From the NCBI RefSeq assembly GCF_009914755.1, contig NC_060934.1: 64,000 nucleotides of DNA. One strand, 5' to 3'. Made by a program: the position numbers and the translations under genes. Below are positions 43,161 to 56,728 of this stretch, in pieces (within the stretch, counting starts at the first letter, position 1; each line of letters begins with the position of its first letter). The stretch is from the human T2T-CHM13v2.0 reference genome, Homo sapiens. The notes beneath the pieces were generated by a model. That model saw only the letters and a list, made by a program, of their open reading frames with translations. It was not told where the DNA came from and ran no database searches.

Positions 43161-43584
43161 TCTGCTTTGACTCTGGGCCATCCTCAGTGGCTGTTCCAGC
43201 CCAGGCCATTCTCCTCCGCATCGAACTGTCCAACATCAAAGCCCTTGGAGCTAAATCTGCCTTCAGAATTCCACTCAGACTTTTTAGTTCTTTCCAACAG
43301 ATGACAGGGGAGGAAATGAAACACCTTCAAGATCTTTCAGAAGAAACCCCAGCCGTCAATGACACGCAGGTTTTATGCTTCCTGCCCACATATAGGTCTC
43401 CGAAATGCCCCTGGAACACTCAGCTCCTGGCAACAGGCTGCTCAGCACCACCATTCCAGGAAGCGAAGGTCAACATGACAGTAAAATATAAGAAGTATGA
43501 AGTATAAATACCAATTACCAATTAGCGCAGCCATCAACTTCTGATTCTAGGAGGTAGATGAAACCCCAAAATAGCCCAAGACAC

Positions 43585-43830
43585 ATAGAGATATAGAATA
43601 GTTACCTCCTAGGCATATAGAATAGTTACCTCCTAAATATTTAGAATATTTATAGAATATTTACCTCCTAAATATTTAGAATATTTATAGAATATTTACC
43701 TCCTAGAGGTAAATAAAATTTTTAAAAGTAATCATAATTGAGAATAAAGGCATAGGGTAAGTAACCTTAATAAAATTTAAAGAAGTGATAATAATAATAA
43801 AGAATAAAGGCACAGGGTGAGTAACCTTCT
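43585..43830 (+). repeat. AT-rich nested tandem duplications (atagaatatttacctcctaaatattt) plus an about 60-bp two-copy duplication
   Basis: Direct inspection; agaataaaggcaYagggtRagtaacctt at 43741 and 43801. Confidence 0.85.
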
Positions 43831-43946
43831 GAACGAAGCGCTGAGGAGAACGTGATTTTGTTTCACTGCACTTCTCCCTTGTGTGGCATTGTACAAGGAC
43901 GAGGCAGCTTCCCCTCCGCAGAAGCAGCTCTGAGCGTTGAAATTGC
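43826..43946 (-). other. Candidate 121-nt exon
   Basis: Strong acceptor cctgctgctcccttccttgcttcag|GCAATT; weak donor AAG|gttact. Confidence 0.28.
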
Positions 43947-46900
43947 CTGAAGCAAGGAAGGGAGCAGCAGGTATGGGTGCCCCAGACACTCAGCTCTCCA
44001 CTGCAACCCGACTGTCCCATGAGGATTTCAGCATGACACAATTTTCCCCTGCAGCCTCCCAGAGTGCCCAGCCCGGCTCCAGCAGGTGTCAGACCACCAA
44101 AGAGCAGAGGGGGCAGAGACGTCCCCCAGGACAGCAGACGCCCTCCTTGGGTCCTTGTGTTTCATTTTACGAGGACAAGGCAGCTTCCCCTCCACAGAGG
44201 CAGCTGTGAGCTGCTTGCGCGCCCCTCCTGGGTGCACTATTCTGAACAGCGCGTGCTGCTGTGGTGGTCACTGCGTGCCTGTGACCCAGCTTTCCCGTGG
44301 CCCCTTCCGCCTCCTGGGTGACCACAGCACGTGCAGGCCCCTTGCTGCCACCTCCAGTGTCCACCCCAGAGGGCACCGGCTGAAGCAGTGGATCCTGGCC
44401 AGTGCTCACCGGCAGCAAGTCCCAGCACACTGAGGGACGCTGGGGAAAAGAACCATTGTGCCAAAGACAGAGACATCTTCTTCCCACTGACGAACCTGGC
44501 GGGCCCAGATTACAGGAGAGGCTGAGTCAAATCGTATCTCAGCTAAGCCTCGGTGTGGATGTGAGACAGTGGGACAGTGGAGATGGGTCTGTGGCTCGGG
44601 TCCACTACTCCATGTGTGACCAAGCTCAGGGCTAGAGAAAAGCATGGATCTCAAACCTCAGGCATCTCCAGGGCCACGCATGGCTACTCACAGCCAGACA
44701 GCCTGGGAGAGTCTCTGGCACCTGAGCTCCATGTGCCAAGGGGAAAAGATGCTGCTGCTACTGGCTCCAGGCAGGCGGCTCTGGACAGATGTGCAGTAGT
44801 CAGTCCCCAGAGGGGACAGTGTGCCCCTTGCAGGCCAGCACAAAGGGGCCTCTGCAGGGTGCCGTGCCAGAGCTAGTGATAGACTTCGTAATTGTTTAGG
44901 GACACATGCCCTGAGCACCCTTCATTGTTTAGGGTACCCCTGAGCACCGCTCCTAGAACTATGAAAGACTGAGATTTAGCCTGAACACTGCATGACTGTT
45001 AGTATGAGGACCTGGAGGGGGGCAGTGGCCATGTTGGCCGGCCCGGCCTGGGTGAATTGGCCTCCAAGTGTACCGAGTTCCAAGCGAGTGGGTTCTGAGC
45101 AGGCCACTGCCCTCAGACTGCCCGAGGGCTGCCACTCTGACTGCAGCACGGCGGACACTGAGGGTTGCGACAGTGATGAACCAGCAGGCTCCAGTGCTTC
45201 TCAGGATGGCTCCTAAGCTGTGATCATAGAGCTACGCCATTGGAAAATGAGCACAACTGACTCAGTCACGAGTGACAGCTTCCTAAGAGCCTACCGTGTG
45301 CTTCCTGTGCCTCCACAGCCCCACCCTTACCGGCCCCTCCAGAGGCGAAGGTCGCCAACCCCAGTTAGAGAGAAATGACTGAGACTCCAAGAATTGCAGC
45401 CCTGGAGCCGGCTGGCATCCCCTGCAGCTGCCGTGGCACTGCCTGCAGAGCTTGTGGCTCTGCCGAATCCTTCTGAGGTGCAGCCTCAGGAGCACACAGA
45501 TCCGAGCCCCTCCGGCATCAGAGGGGTTCGGAGCAGGGAAAGCCAGCACATCGTGAGGTCTGCCACTGCCTTCCCCCTTTGCACTTCTATGCCTGTGACC
45601 TTCCTCCTGGTTCAGCATCCAGCGCTGTGGGAGAGAGATGAAGCCAATGAGGCCGGCACGTGGGGGGAAGTCAGTGCTAAGATTTTATCCAATAAAATAC
45701 GATTTTACTTCCACTTAGCAAAAAAAAGACCGGGACAGCTGAGTCTCAGGGCTCAGTGCCTGTGGGGACAAGGGGGGCTCTCCCTCTCCACATGTGGGAG
45801 TCTGGTGGAGAGGGGAGAGCAGCTCCAGCCACTGCAGAGGCTGAGGGTTCCTGCTGAGCGGGGGCTGATGCAGAAGGAAGGCCGTAGGAAGTTGAGGAAG
45901 CTGCTTTCCATGTGTGAACAATGGCAGAAATGGCCCCCGTTCCTCCCATCCCCCAGGCCAAAGCTTTGTCCCTTAATGCTGCAGTGTCTGCCCGCCCCAG
46001 AAGGGGCCATTCTGCCACCTCCTCGACTCCAGTCCCAGCCTTGTGCTCAGGGCCAGTGGCATGTTAGCCAAGGCGATTCACTGGGACTCCAGTCACTGAT
46101 GCCATTAGGCCCATTCATTCTCACGCGCTGTCATGCCCATGAAAACATGGCTGAGTGGGCCTGGGTGGGACGTGAGGAGCACAGGTGAGTGACCCCATCA
46201 CTCCATATAGGCACTCCAGACCCCACAACAGCCAGGCAACCCCTGAGCTGGGAGGAGCCCAGCAGGATGAGCAGCTGCCGTCTCAGCAGTGGCACACGCC
46301 GGGGCACTCCCTGGCAGCCGCCTCCAACAGGCTGCTTTTGTTTTGCAGGAGCGTTGGCAGAATCAGTGGCTAACAGGCAGTGCACACCCCAGACCGTACA
46401 CGCACACGCTCACCTGGCAGAGATGCCCCGAGATGCCTGTTTCACTGAATCCATCTCATGTGCTTTGGTCCATAGCCAATTTGTGTTCACAAAAAATGGG
46501 TAAGAGAGGTTGATGAATCTGAGAAAAGTTTTAAAACAGGTTTTGTTCTTTCTCTTTAAAATTGCAATGTGAAAATTTCCAAAAGTGAAGTTTTCACGTT
46601 CCAACAGTGCGGACAGCTCAAGTAGTATTTGGGATTGAGAGCCCTTTCCCAAAAGCTGCTAAAATGGGCACAAAACCCTCCCCTCCTTGTTCCACCACAC
46701 AAGTGTCCCCCAACCCTTCAGCTCACAGAAAGACAAGGGCCTGGAGCCAGAGACACCTGCCCTGAAAGCTCCCCCCAACCCCACCTGTTTCCAATCTCTA
46801 CATCTTCAAAACTCAAGGTGTGGTCAGCATTCTGTTATCCCACAGTCTTTGTAAATAGGTTTTTACAAAGGCTACATAGAGAGTTACTTCAAAGAATAAT

Positions 46901-47355
46901 TTATACACACTACTATTGGAGATGTAAGTGGCTGCCAATTTTAAATATCACAAGTAGGTCTGGCTAGAGCAAATGTCCTGTATCACAAAGCTAAACTCCC
47001 TGAGGGAGAACTGTTGGTCAGACGATGTTAGCGTATGTGAGGCTCAAGACACAATTCCCAAAGTGTTTTCAAAAGGTGACTTTTTCTATTAACGTGTCCG
47101 CAGCTCTTCTTACCACACCTGTTTTAGTACAGATCATACATCGCGAGAGACAGGAAGAAAGGAGGGAGTGAGAGAGAGTGGGAGGAAAATGTAGTAAAAT
47201 ATTGAGATCTTATTGTTGCAATTTGCTTTCTGTGATGATTAATGAGGTCACACTTATTCTGTGTTTTCATTAACATGTATTTCCTCTTTTTTGGTCCCTT
47301 TAATCACAGCCATTATATTTTTACTAATCAGGGATGGTGTTCTTGAATATCCATT

Positions 47356-47456
47356 ACACACACACATATATACACACATATGCATACACATGCACACAGA
47401 CACACACACACACACAGACACGCACACACGCTCACACACACACACATGCACACACA
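47356..47456 (+). repeat. (CA)n-rich microsatellite
   Basis: Direct inspection. Confidence 0.9.
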
Positions 47457-47679
47457 AAATTTGATGATGCATTGCGGCTTTTGTTTCATTTCTACAGTTT
47501 ACTAGTCCTTTTCCCTCTGGATATTTTCCCTAGTTAGCACTGATTTTTAATATATAATTTTATAATCCATTTTTAATGCTACATTAAAGCATACATTTTG
47601 AAACTATCAAAAATATATTGCAGTGAAAAGAAAATGTCATTTTAATCTCCATTAAACGTTTAAGAAGTTACTTAACTCC

Positions 47680-48112
47680 TGCTATGCTTCGGCTATGGTT
47701 TGTCCCCACCAAAACGCATGATGAAATCTGATCCTCAGTGTGGCCATGTTGGGAGGTGGGGCCTGGGGAAGCTGGGTCAGAGGGGTGGATCCCTCATAAA
47801 TGGCTTGATGCTGTTCTCTGTAGTGAATGCATTCTCGCTCTGGACAGACTAGATTATTTTTGTGGGAATCGATTAGTTCCGTAGAGAGTGGCTTGTTATA
47901 AAGTCAGGATGCCTCTTGGCTCTTGACTCTCCGTGTGTGTCTACTTCCCCTTTGACCTTCTGCCACATTGTGACACAGCAGGAAAGCCCTGGCCAGAAGC
48001 CAAGCAGATGCCAGTGCCATGTTCTTGAACTTCCCAGTGTGCAGAACCATTTCCTTTATCAGTTACCCAGCCTCAGGTATTCTGCTGTAGCAACACAAAA
48101 CAGACTAAGACA
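47680..48112 (+). mobile_element. Solo MSTB/MSTC-like LTR
   Basis: tgctatg..tttgtccccaccaaaac..ttacccagcctcaggtattctgctgtagcaacacaaaacagactaagaca. Confidence 0.9.
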
Positions 48113-48541
48113 GCTTCTTGAAACTTCTTGGAAGAAGATCATCAGGTATTTTTGTTTTGATTTTATTTCCTATCCTAATCAACCCCAACCCATCGCATCT
48201 GTGAGAGTCCCTGCTACCTTTTAAGTAAGCTGTTGAAAAGATACTTCATAGTAAGATAGGCTAATTTTACCAATGTAATTTCATGAATCATTGCTATTAC
48301 AAATAATATTTTTTTCAATTTATCACTAGCTGTTAGGCACACCAAATTCTCAAAATGATGGAATGCAATATAAAAGCTGTGGATAAAAGCTATTAAAACC
48401 TTTTTTTTATTTTAGAAAAGTATGGAATAAACGAGAGGCTCATGGCTTGAAGGCAGGATAGCTCAAGGGGTCATGAGAGCTGACTTCAGATTAGCCCACA
48501 GCTTACATCACGGGAGAAAGAGTGTACTCATTTATTCTTGA

Positions 48542-48943
<402 letters not shown>

Positions 48944-49249
48944 GGATAATTATTTTAAGCAGAGGGCAGCTGCCACATGAGGTGGTGAGCCTCCGGACAG
49001 TGGGAGAGTTCAAACAGCACCGCAGGGCCCAGGGTGCCACAGGCAGGGTCCTGCAGGTGCAGGAGGGTCACTCAGATGGCGCCCAAGGTCGATTAAAATT
49101 CTAAAATCATCAACCATGAAAATGCTTATGCCTAATGTAGTTTACCCTTACCACATGTACCAACAAAGTAGTTTTCTAAGGCAATTTCAATGATGATGGC
49201 AGAATGAAAGACTTATATTTCACGTTGGAGAAGAGTGGAAATAGACAAC

Positions 49250-49830
49250 TCTAGAAAATGAACATGCAGGGAATGGCTCTTCGTTGCCAGTGGTGAGCAA
49301 GGAAAGTCCGAGCCTTGCTAGAAAACCACAGGGCAGCATCTATAAAAGGAAGAGGGGTGTCATTTTGGTCCAACGGTTCCATTTCTAGGAGTCTCTCCTC
49401 AAGATACTGCAAATAAGCACCAAGATGTGTTTGCATCATTTCTAATGATAAAGAACAACTAAAAACGATATTGATAGGCAACTACTATAATTTAGTAAAG
49501 CATGACAGCTCAAAACTATGGAATACTCTGGTGCATTAACAGAATTAGATCAGTCTCTATCTACTGATACAGAAAACATTCTCATAAAAAACAGCTAAGT
49601 CTGAAAAATCAACATGTAGAACAACATATATAATATAACCCTGTTCATGCAAACCAACCAAATAGATCTGTACATGTCTGTGGGACAGAAAGAGATAAGC
49701 CAGGGGCCACCAAAGGCAGACAGTGAAGCCAGCACCAGCAGGGGCTGGTGGTGGCCAATGAGCACATCTTGCTCTGTACTTCTGTTGTGTATAAATCTTA
49801 TAAAACGAAAATGCATTCATCTATTTCTTT
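49250..49830 (+). mobile_element. Ancient L1ME-like 3' end
   Basis: ggttccatttctaggagtctctcct, aactatggaatactctg, gaacaacatatataatataaccc. Confidence 0.65.
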
Positions 49831-50799
49831 GACACAATAGGCAAATCCCTTTAAAACAATAGATAAATCCCTATAAAATGTCCTTACAAAATTAAAGAAA
49901 TAGACAGTAAATACAGTGCCTGTAATGCAAACAGTGCCCGCTACATGAGCAAATGCATGGAATTACATTACATTTAGGCTCACCTAGTGTGTGTGCCAGG
50001 CAGTGAGTCACCTTCAAAATCCTAATCTGAACTTCACATGGCAGGACGACTCTTGCACTCCCATCTCCAAAGATACTGTGTGTCTTGCCTATATGCAAAC
50101 ACTTAGCCTTTCGATCTTGTTATCCCAGTGGGGACATTGATCCTCCAGTCCTATATAAAAGGGGATCATATGCTCCAACCTGTGATCTATGATCTAATGA
50201 ATTTGACCATCAAAACCACACAATTGTTCTCCGTAAATTAGCTATTGCTACCTTTTTTTCCCCCAAACAATTCGATTAAAACTGCCATTTGTTCATCAGC
50301 CATGGAAATCAGCCTCAGACAGGCAATGGACCACATGACACAGCCATGCTGACATTCCAGGGTCACCAAGCCTGGGGCCACAAACCGCATGATGTGGCCA
50401 CATCAGCATCCCAGGGTCACCGTGCCCTGTGGCTACCGCTGCTCACAGAACTGTCTTTGAAGGTGAAGTTCCACATTCACCAACGTCACTGAATCTTGTG
50501 GCACATCCCTTCATGTTTAGATCGTTTGTAGTTAAAAATGACATCTATTCGATGACAGCCATCCCCACTGGGTTGAAGCCCTCTGAATCTTATTATCAGC
50601 TCTCTCCCTCCTTGGAGCCCAGCTGGTCCTATCCAGGGGTGGGAGGCTGAAGAGAGGTAATTGTCTTTGTAAGGAGAATCCGCCAGGAGCCTCTCCTCTG
50701 AGAAGGAAGGAGTAAGGCAGGTAGGTAAGAGCAGAGAGACATGAGTCCCTAGAAGTGGGTGAAGATCCAGCCTTCATCTAGTCTAGGTGCTTTCTGAGA

Positions 50800-51435
50800 A
50801 TGGACCATCCACTGTCCCCACACAAGCCACCCATTCAAGCTCGCATCATCCTTTGCCCCAATGTCTTATTCTCGGTAGCCAGAGGGACACTTTTAAAGCC
50901 ATCCAGTCTCCCATGGTGCCCCTTTGCTCCAAACCCTGAGTCATCCCATTTCACCTGGAGTAGAGGAAAGTCCTAGGAATCCCTAGGCAACCCAGCTCTG
51001 CCCTCCGCCTCACCCCATGCCCTGCCGCTGCCCCTCCCCTCCTTGCTGGCCTGTGAACATGTCAGGCTCACTCCTGACGGAGGCTTTCTGTGGGCCATTC
51101 CCTCTGCTGGAATATTCTTCCCCAGAGACCCACTTAGCAAAACCCCTCACCCTCCAAGCTTTGCCCAGAAGGTCATCTTCTGAGAGCCCACATGGAGACC
51201 CTGAGTGCCAGCTCCCTCCAGCCTGAGCTCCCCTCCCTCCCCTGCTCTGTCCACTTCCCACGCTGGTCACTTTCCACCACACCACAGGCAACTCACAGAC
51301 CTCATGCCCGGCATGTGCTTCTCCTACTAGGGTGCAGCTGCACCACCTCAGAGATTTTTGTTTCTCAAGATTTTCCACTTACCAAAAACAGTTCCTGGGA
51401 CTCAGTAGGCATGAGTGTTTACTGAAGTGAGTGGA
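50800..51435 (+). mobile_element. L2a-like 3' portion
   Basis: gtagccagagggacacttttaaa, attccctctgctggaatattcttcccagag, cagttcctgggactcagtaggcatgagtgtttactgaagtgagtg. Confidence 0.8.
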
Positions 51436-51638
51436 GGAGATAAACGAAGCAATGAGGATGCATTAGTGCACTGCTAGTTTAATAATTCAGTTGCATTGTA
51501 TCGGATTAGATAAAATTTCAGATACTCACATACAATGTCATCATTTTTTACAGTATATTAAAAGAGTGCTAATGATTTCCAAAAGGAAGACGTTCCTAGG
51601 AGGCAAAATGTGATCTCCACGTTGAACACCCTCTGTAC

Positions 51639-51733
51639 CTCTTGGCTTGAGAAGCTAGTCCAGGCATCGGCGGGGTGGAAAATGTCAACTCCATGGTTCA
51701 GCCAGTCCAATCGCTTCTCTCCTAAATATTTCC
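51639..51733 (-). other. Candidate 95-nt exon containing a Kozak-like ACCATGG
   Basis: ccctcgctgcctgcag|GGAAAT...CAAGAG|gtacag. The open frame reads KYLGEKRLDWLNHGVDIFHPADAWTSFSSQE; ATG at 51694. Confidence 0.33.
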
Positions 51734-52160
51734 CTGCAGGCAGCGAGGGCCTTGAACCCGGTAACACCTAATGGGTTGCAAGTCTTCGTGTTCTTTGATC
51801 ACATTGACTGAGAGTTGGCGGGCGTATGCTCATTACTTGTGTGCTCCTTGCTTCGGCGTTTCACTGATTTTTGAGTTGGAGTATTTTAAACAACCTTTCT
51901 GCCCGCAGAGCCCTAATGTGGAGCATCCCTAACTGAAGTGTGGTACAATCAATGGCCGTCTTTTCAACAAAATACTTTTTTGTGTTTTGAAAACTCAAGG
52001 AACCCTCCGTGACCTCAGGGCCTGCCCAATTATCTTCCACCTCACAGCCTGGCCTCTCCACCTGCTAGACCCCGCCCCTGTTCCAGCCCCTAGATCTGCA
52101 GTCTGGAAAGGCCCACAGACCTGGGTCCGCTCCGGCAGGATCTCAGGAAACGGCCCCCAC

Positions 52161-52290
52161 GTGCTGTTCCGTTGTGCAGCCATCTCGTTAAGGAATCCAC
52201 ACTGGAGTACACACAGTGATGGTCGTTCCCCTGGGGATAATATTTGGAGACAATTTGCAGAAGATATGAAGCTTCCTCCAAAAAGAAGTC
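52161..52290 (-). other. Candidate 130-nt exon
   Basis: ctgacctcctccgtcag|GACTTC...CAC|gtgggg. The phase 0 to 1 frame DFFLEEASYLLQIVSKYYPQ...HNGTA joins the 51733 exon in frame. Confidence 0.25.
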
Positions 52291-54329
52291 CTGACGGAGG
52301 AGGTCAGCCCTCAGAAGGGGTGTAACACGCAGGGCGGGGGTCTCCCCACGGTGCTCAGAGTCTACCCAGGAGCCAGCTGCAGGGCTGCCCACACTCAAGG
52401 CAGCACTGGGGCCAGGGGCCACCCCAGCAAGCAGGGACCGGCTTTATTTCACAAGCGGACACAAGTAAGCAACGGGCAAAACCTCCCCCGAGGGAACGGC
52501 TCCTGGAAGTTATGTGCTTTCCTATTGGGAACCTTCCTCCATGTTCATTATCTCTGGTGCTTGTTCAAGCTTGCTGCGGTTCTTTGTGAAATAGGAAGTC
52601 GCCCTTCCATGTGCAGCCCTGGCAAAGATTGTTCTGGAAGTGCTGATGGTCTCGGGCTGGAAATGGGACCTGGTCCTCTTGCCAAATGGTCCAAGCCACT
52701 TGCCCATCACGCGGGCAGGGCTGAAGGGGAAGAAGAGGCTGGGCCGCAGCTTTGACTCGGCGCTCAGGCATTTTCTCTGCCTGGCAGTGCTGGGAAAAGG
52801 TACACCGTGCAGAGGGGGATCTGTCCTGGTCATAGGTGTCCCGGGAAAGCCTGGTCCATGCCAACGTCCCCATGCAGTGGGTGGTGTGCCTGCTGCTCTC
52901 CTGCCTCCCTGCCTCCCTGCCTGACATGGACTTAAACTCCGAGAACATAAAAGCCAAAGCCCCAAGTAGCACGTGTGCATTTTCATCAGCTGCAAACCAA
53001 GCCGAGTGCTGTTCCCAAGAGAGAGCCCATTTGAGGCTGCTGAAGCCCAGCCAGCTGGGTGTAAGGAAGCCCAGAGCTGGGCCTGGGACCCAGCCTTGCT
53101 CCGGCACCCAGCAGCAAAAGGCAGACCTGCAGTCTCCTTTCCCAGGTGTAATTCCACACCTTTGCTTGAATGCAGCCTTTAATGCACATTTAAAAAAATA
53201 AACAACCACCCATAAATTGTTTGCTGATATAAGAACCAAAGATAAACAGATAGAAAAGAGCCTGCTGCAGAAGAGGTTGACAGCGATGCCACGAATAAGA
53301 ATGAGAATGAAAAGTCAGCATATATCTTATCTCCTAAAAATAAAGGCATGTCAAAAAAAGAATATGTTCCCTTGCTATCTGCTTATTTATTTATTACCTC
53401 AAAGAAAGCTTTTTACAGATTTTGACAAGTGGTCAAATAATGAAAACAAGTTTGGTAAAAATCAGACATCTCAACACCACGCTGCACGCTCCAGGTGTGT
53501 GCTTGCAGGGACTCTCAGACGCATCGGCCCTCAGACATCCATCGCACCAGAGTCAGAGGTGAGGAGGGGCCCACAGGGCAGTGCAGACAGAGGGGCTTTT
53601 ACAGGATTGGCCGTGAGGGCCTCAGATGCTGGCTACACCCACGATAGATTGCTTCCGGTGGTATGGAAATCTCGCCACTTGGCCTTCGGCTCAGGCTCCC
53701 GCATAAAGGGGATCGTATCCTTTTCCCAGCGTACAGACATCTGCTCAGCCTCTGGTCAGAGCCAAGACCCTCCCAGGCTCCCTCATGGCCCCTAGAAAGC
53801 GTGCATTATCTTACTACAGCCCCTAGAAAGGGTGCGGTGTCTTCCTACTGCATCTCAGAATGCAGAGGAGAGCGGTCCTTCTGGGGAGCCACTTTTGTCT
53901 GTGGGGTGCTTTCTATCTGCTTGTTCAGGCACACACCCCGTGGTTTCAGGAAATGGGTCATCTGGGCTTGGTGAAGAAGCCCTTCTCCCTGGACCCCGCT
54001 GACTGTGCTGGTCCCTGTGGTGGGACACGACCCCTCCCTTATGATGACCATCCCTGGGAGGACAGTGGTCCCTAGTTATCCCCGCTGGCTTCCATTCTGT
54101 GCAGGAATGTGTATTCTGAGCCTGATGTTGTCCTTTTCATGCCCAGTTCTGGGCATTAAATGTGTGTGGAGCAGGCGCTTGGCAGCTGAGCATCAGATCC
54201 CTAAAGGCAGGGTCCATGCCATGTGGCCAGCCACTGCATTATCCACACGGAACTCAGAATGGTCCCTCCCACCCTGACCCTTCCCCGTTCATTCGTTCAT
54301 GCATGCATGTATTGGGTACGCTTTATGGA

Positions 54330-54497
54330 GCTGATTTATTTTATGATCTGTCTCTTCTTGCACCCCATAAATTTCCTGAGAGCAGGGATTCTGGGCTCTT
54401 TTATAATCTGACCATCCAAAGCACCGACCACAATCCCTGAAACGCCAGAAGCACCCAGTGAGTATCTGAGGAACTAATGAATGAGTGAGTGAGTGAG
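54330..54497 (+). mobile_element. L2 3' end
   Basis: ataaatttcctgagagcagggatt..aatgaatgagtgagtgag. Confidence 0.65.
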
Positions 54498-55039
54498 CGT
54501 CTGTCCCGAAGGCCAGGCCTGCTCGAGGTGCTGGAGACGGGACAGCACCCGCACAGGGTTTACAGTCTTGCAGACAGACGTGAGCCACGCGTTTTCTAAA
54601 AATACGCCACAGCCTGGTCCTTCACAATCCCAGGGAAGGTGACTGAGTCGGCGTCCATCCTGTCTGAGGCTCCTCCTGAATTATGGATCCAGGAAAAGTG
54701 AGAAGGGGAAGGAGGGGGCGCGGAGGGACGCCTCTCACAGATGAGAGAGAAACATGGGCTTCTAGATGGTGAGACCCAGAGGGAGCTGATTATGAGATAG
54801 GAGAGGTGGAGAAACCGGCGTGCAGGTCCCCTGCGAGGGGCTGCAGCGGCATCAGGGCCTTTGGCTCAATCCCAAGAGACTCATCCAGGGCAGAAGGGGG
54901 CCAAACCAGCTCCCAGGCCTCCTCCTTCACCGGGAAAGCACGGCCAAGGTCTATGAGGCGGCAGTGAGAAGACATCGCAGCAAGAGCGGAAGATTGAGAT
55001 CATCAGAGAGAAGAGCTCACCCCGGAGATGGAGCAGAGA

Positions 55040-56400
55040 ACTCAGGGCACCGCACAGAAATGGTGATGAAACAAGACAGTGTGGATCCGGAGAGTGGAGG
55101 AGCCGCCCGCACGCAGAATGGGTGGAGGGCGGTGGAGAACACGAGGCTGGGGGTGGGGAACACAGGAAAACTAGGAGGTGGAGGAGGTTTTCAAAATGTC
55201 AATAGATTTAGAAAACAAAGTTAAGGAAGTCTACCAGAATGTAGGAAAAAGTCAAAGAGGCAAACACAGGAGAGAAAAGAATAAGAGACAGGGAGGGATG
55301 ACTCCTGATGCCCGGGAACCTGTGGACAGGAGCTCCAGGAACTAAGTGCAGGCAGAGGAGGAGGAAGCACCTGTGACATGCTGCGTGACATGCAACGCAT
55401 CGTCCATACGCAACATGAACACAGGGGATAGCGCAATATAAAAACATAAGAGAGGACATGCATGAACACAGTGGATAGCGCAATATAAAAACATAAGAGA
55501 GGACATGCATGAACACAGTGGATAGCGCAATATAAAAACATAAGAGAGGACATGCATGAACACAGTGGATAGCGCAATATAAAAACATAAGAGAGGACAT
55601 GCATGAACACAGTGGATAGCGTAATATAAAAACATAATATAGAACACGTATTAACAGCAGGAATGTATATGTGTATACATATACATGCTTATGTATACAC
55701 ATATGCATCTTTGGGTTGAAAATGCCCATGGAGGTTTCCACAGAATTAATATTTTAAAATGTCTAGATGTCATTAGAAAATCACTGAACATCCGAGATAA
55801 AACGGTCACAATTACCGCAGCATTTCTACAGAAAGAAAACACAAGTCACCTGTACAGTAACACAAACTCAGTGAGTCTCTCTCATGGTAGGGTCAGATTT
55901 TAAAAGGTAGTAGAGCAATTCCTTTAAAATGTTGAGGGAAAACAATTCAAAGTAACATTGTACAACTTGGCAACCTATCAATCAAGTTTGAAGGGCAAGA
56001 ACAGAATTTTCAACACCGAAGGGATCTGGAATACTTTTATTAGGAGGTTGTTTTTGGCTGTGCTCCAGCAAGTGTGATTGTGAACTGGGAAAGGTGGAGA
56101 TAATACATTCGGGGAACGTGGCTCCCAGCCAGCAGAGCAATGGCACGAAGTTCCAGCGTTGCAGCCGCCAGGAGGAGCTGCTGAGAGTATAGACATCTAG
56201 AATATGGATGCTGTGAGGAGTGAGGGGCCTCCAGGGAAAAAGGACGAGAAATAGAATAGAAAAGTACAGTGAAGAATGTGAAAAACATCTTGGCAATGTG
56301 TAAGAGAAAGAAAATGGGGACTGGCTGGACGAACAGGCAGAAGTGCACAAGAAAGTCACCATCTAATCTTTGGGCAAACGACAGAGTGGCATGACTGGGA
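55040..56400 (+). mobile_element. HAL1/L1ME ORF1-derived remnant interrupted by a minisatellite
   Basis: ttagaaaacaaagttaaggaagtctaccagaatgtagg..ggagagaaaagaataagaga and ttgagggaaaacaattc..caacctatcaatcaagtttgaaggg match the recalled HAL1 ORF1 sequence. Confidence 0.65.
55414..55637 (+). repeat. 47-bp minisatellite, about 4.8 near-identical copies
   Basis: catgaacacagtggatagcgcaatataaaaacataagagaggacatg at 55414, 55461, 55508, 55555 and 55602. Confidence 0.95.
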
Positions 56401-56507
56401 GCACTCAGAGAGTGGTCAAGGTGCGGGTTTCACTCTGATACTAAATCACGGCACCAGCGACTTTCAAGGGAACAACATCTACTTAATTATACTGTTGAAA
56501 ACCTACA

Positions 56508-56728
56508 CAGTGAGTATCCCTTATAGGAAATGCTTGCAACCAGAAGCGTTTCAGATTTCAGGGTTTTTTTCCAGCTTTGAAATACTTGCAGAAATACATA
56601 CTCGTTGACCATCTCTAGGCTGAAAATCTGCATTCCAAAATACTCCAAAGTCTGTGACTTTTTGAGTGACAGCAGGATGCTCAGAAGAGAAGCTCACTGG
56701 AGCCTTCTGGATGAGGATGCTGCACCTG
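56508..56728. mobile_element. Tigger4a/MER46A-like MITE
   Basis: cagtgagtatcccttataggaaatgcttgcaaccagaagcgtttcagatttc...gaggatgctgcacctg. Confidence 0.75.

Noticed and set aside
42276-43304. 342-aa, 267-aa and 253-aa repeat ORFs as proteins
   Set aside because: They result from a 39-bp (13-codon) unit lacking stops, are open in several frames at once, mostly start at non-ATG codons and show no gene context.
43281-43349. Plus-strand exon-like segment starting at 43301 (ccaacag|ATGACAGGG...; MTGEEMKHLQDLSEE)
   Set aside because: Good acceptor but a weak donor (gtttta) and no consistent chain of plus-strand partner exons.
53643-53751. Minus-strand exon-like segment (EAEQMSVRWEKDTIPFMREPEPKAKWRDFHTTG)
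   Set aside because: Protein-like but with a weak pyrimidine tract and donor, and its phase is incompatible with the long open frame of the next candidate exon.
55208-55741. Cys-rich hydrophobic repeat ORFs
   Set aside because: Translation of the 47-bp minisatellite.
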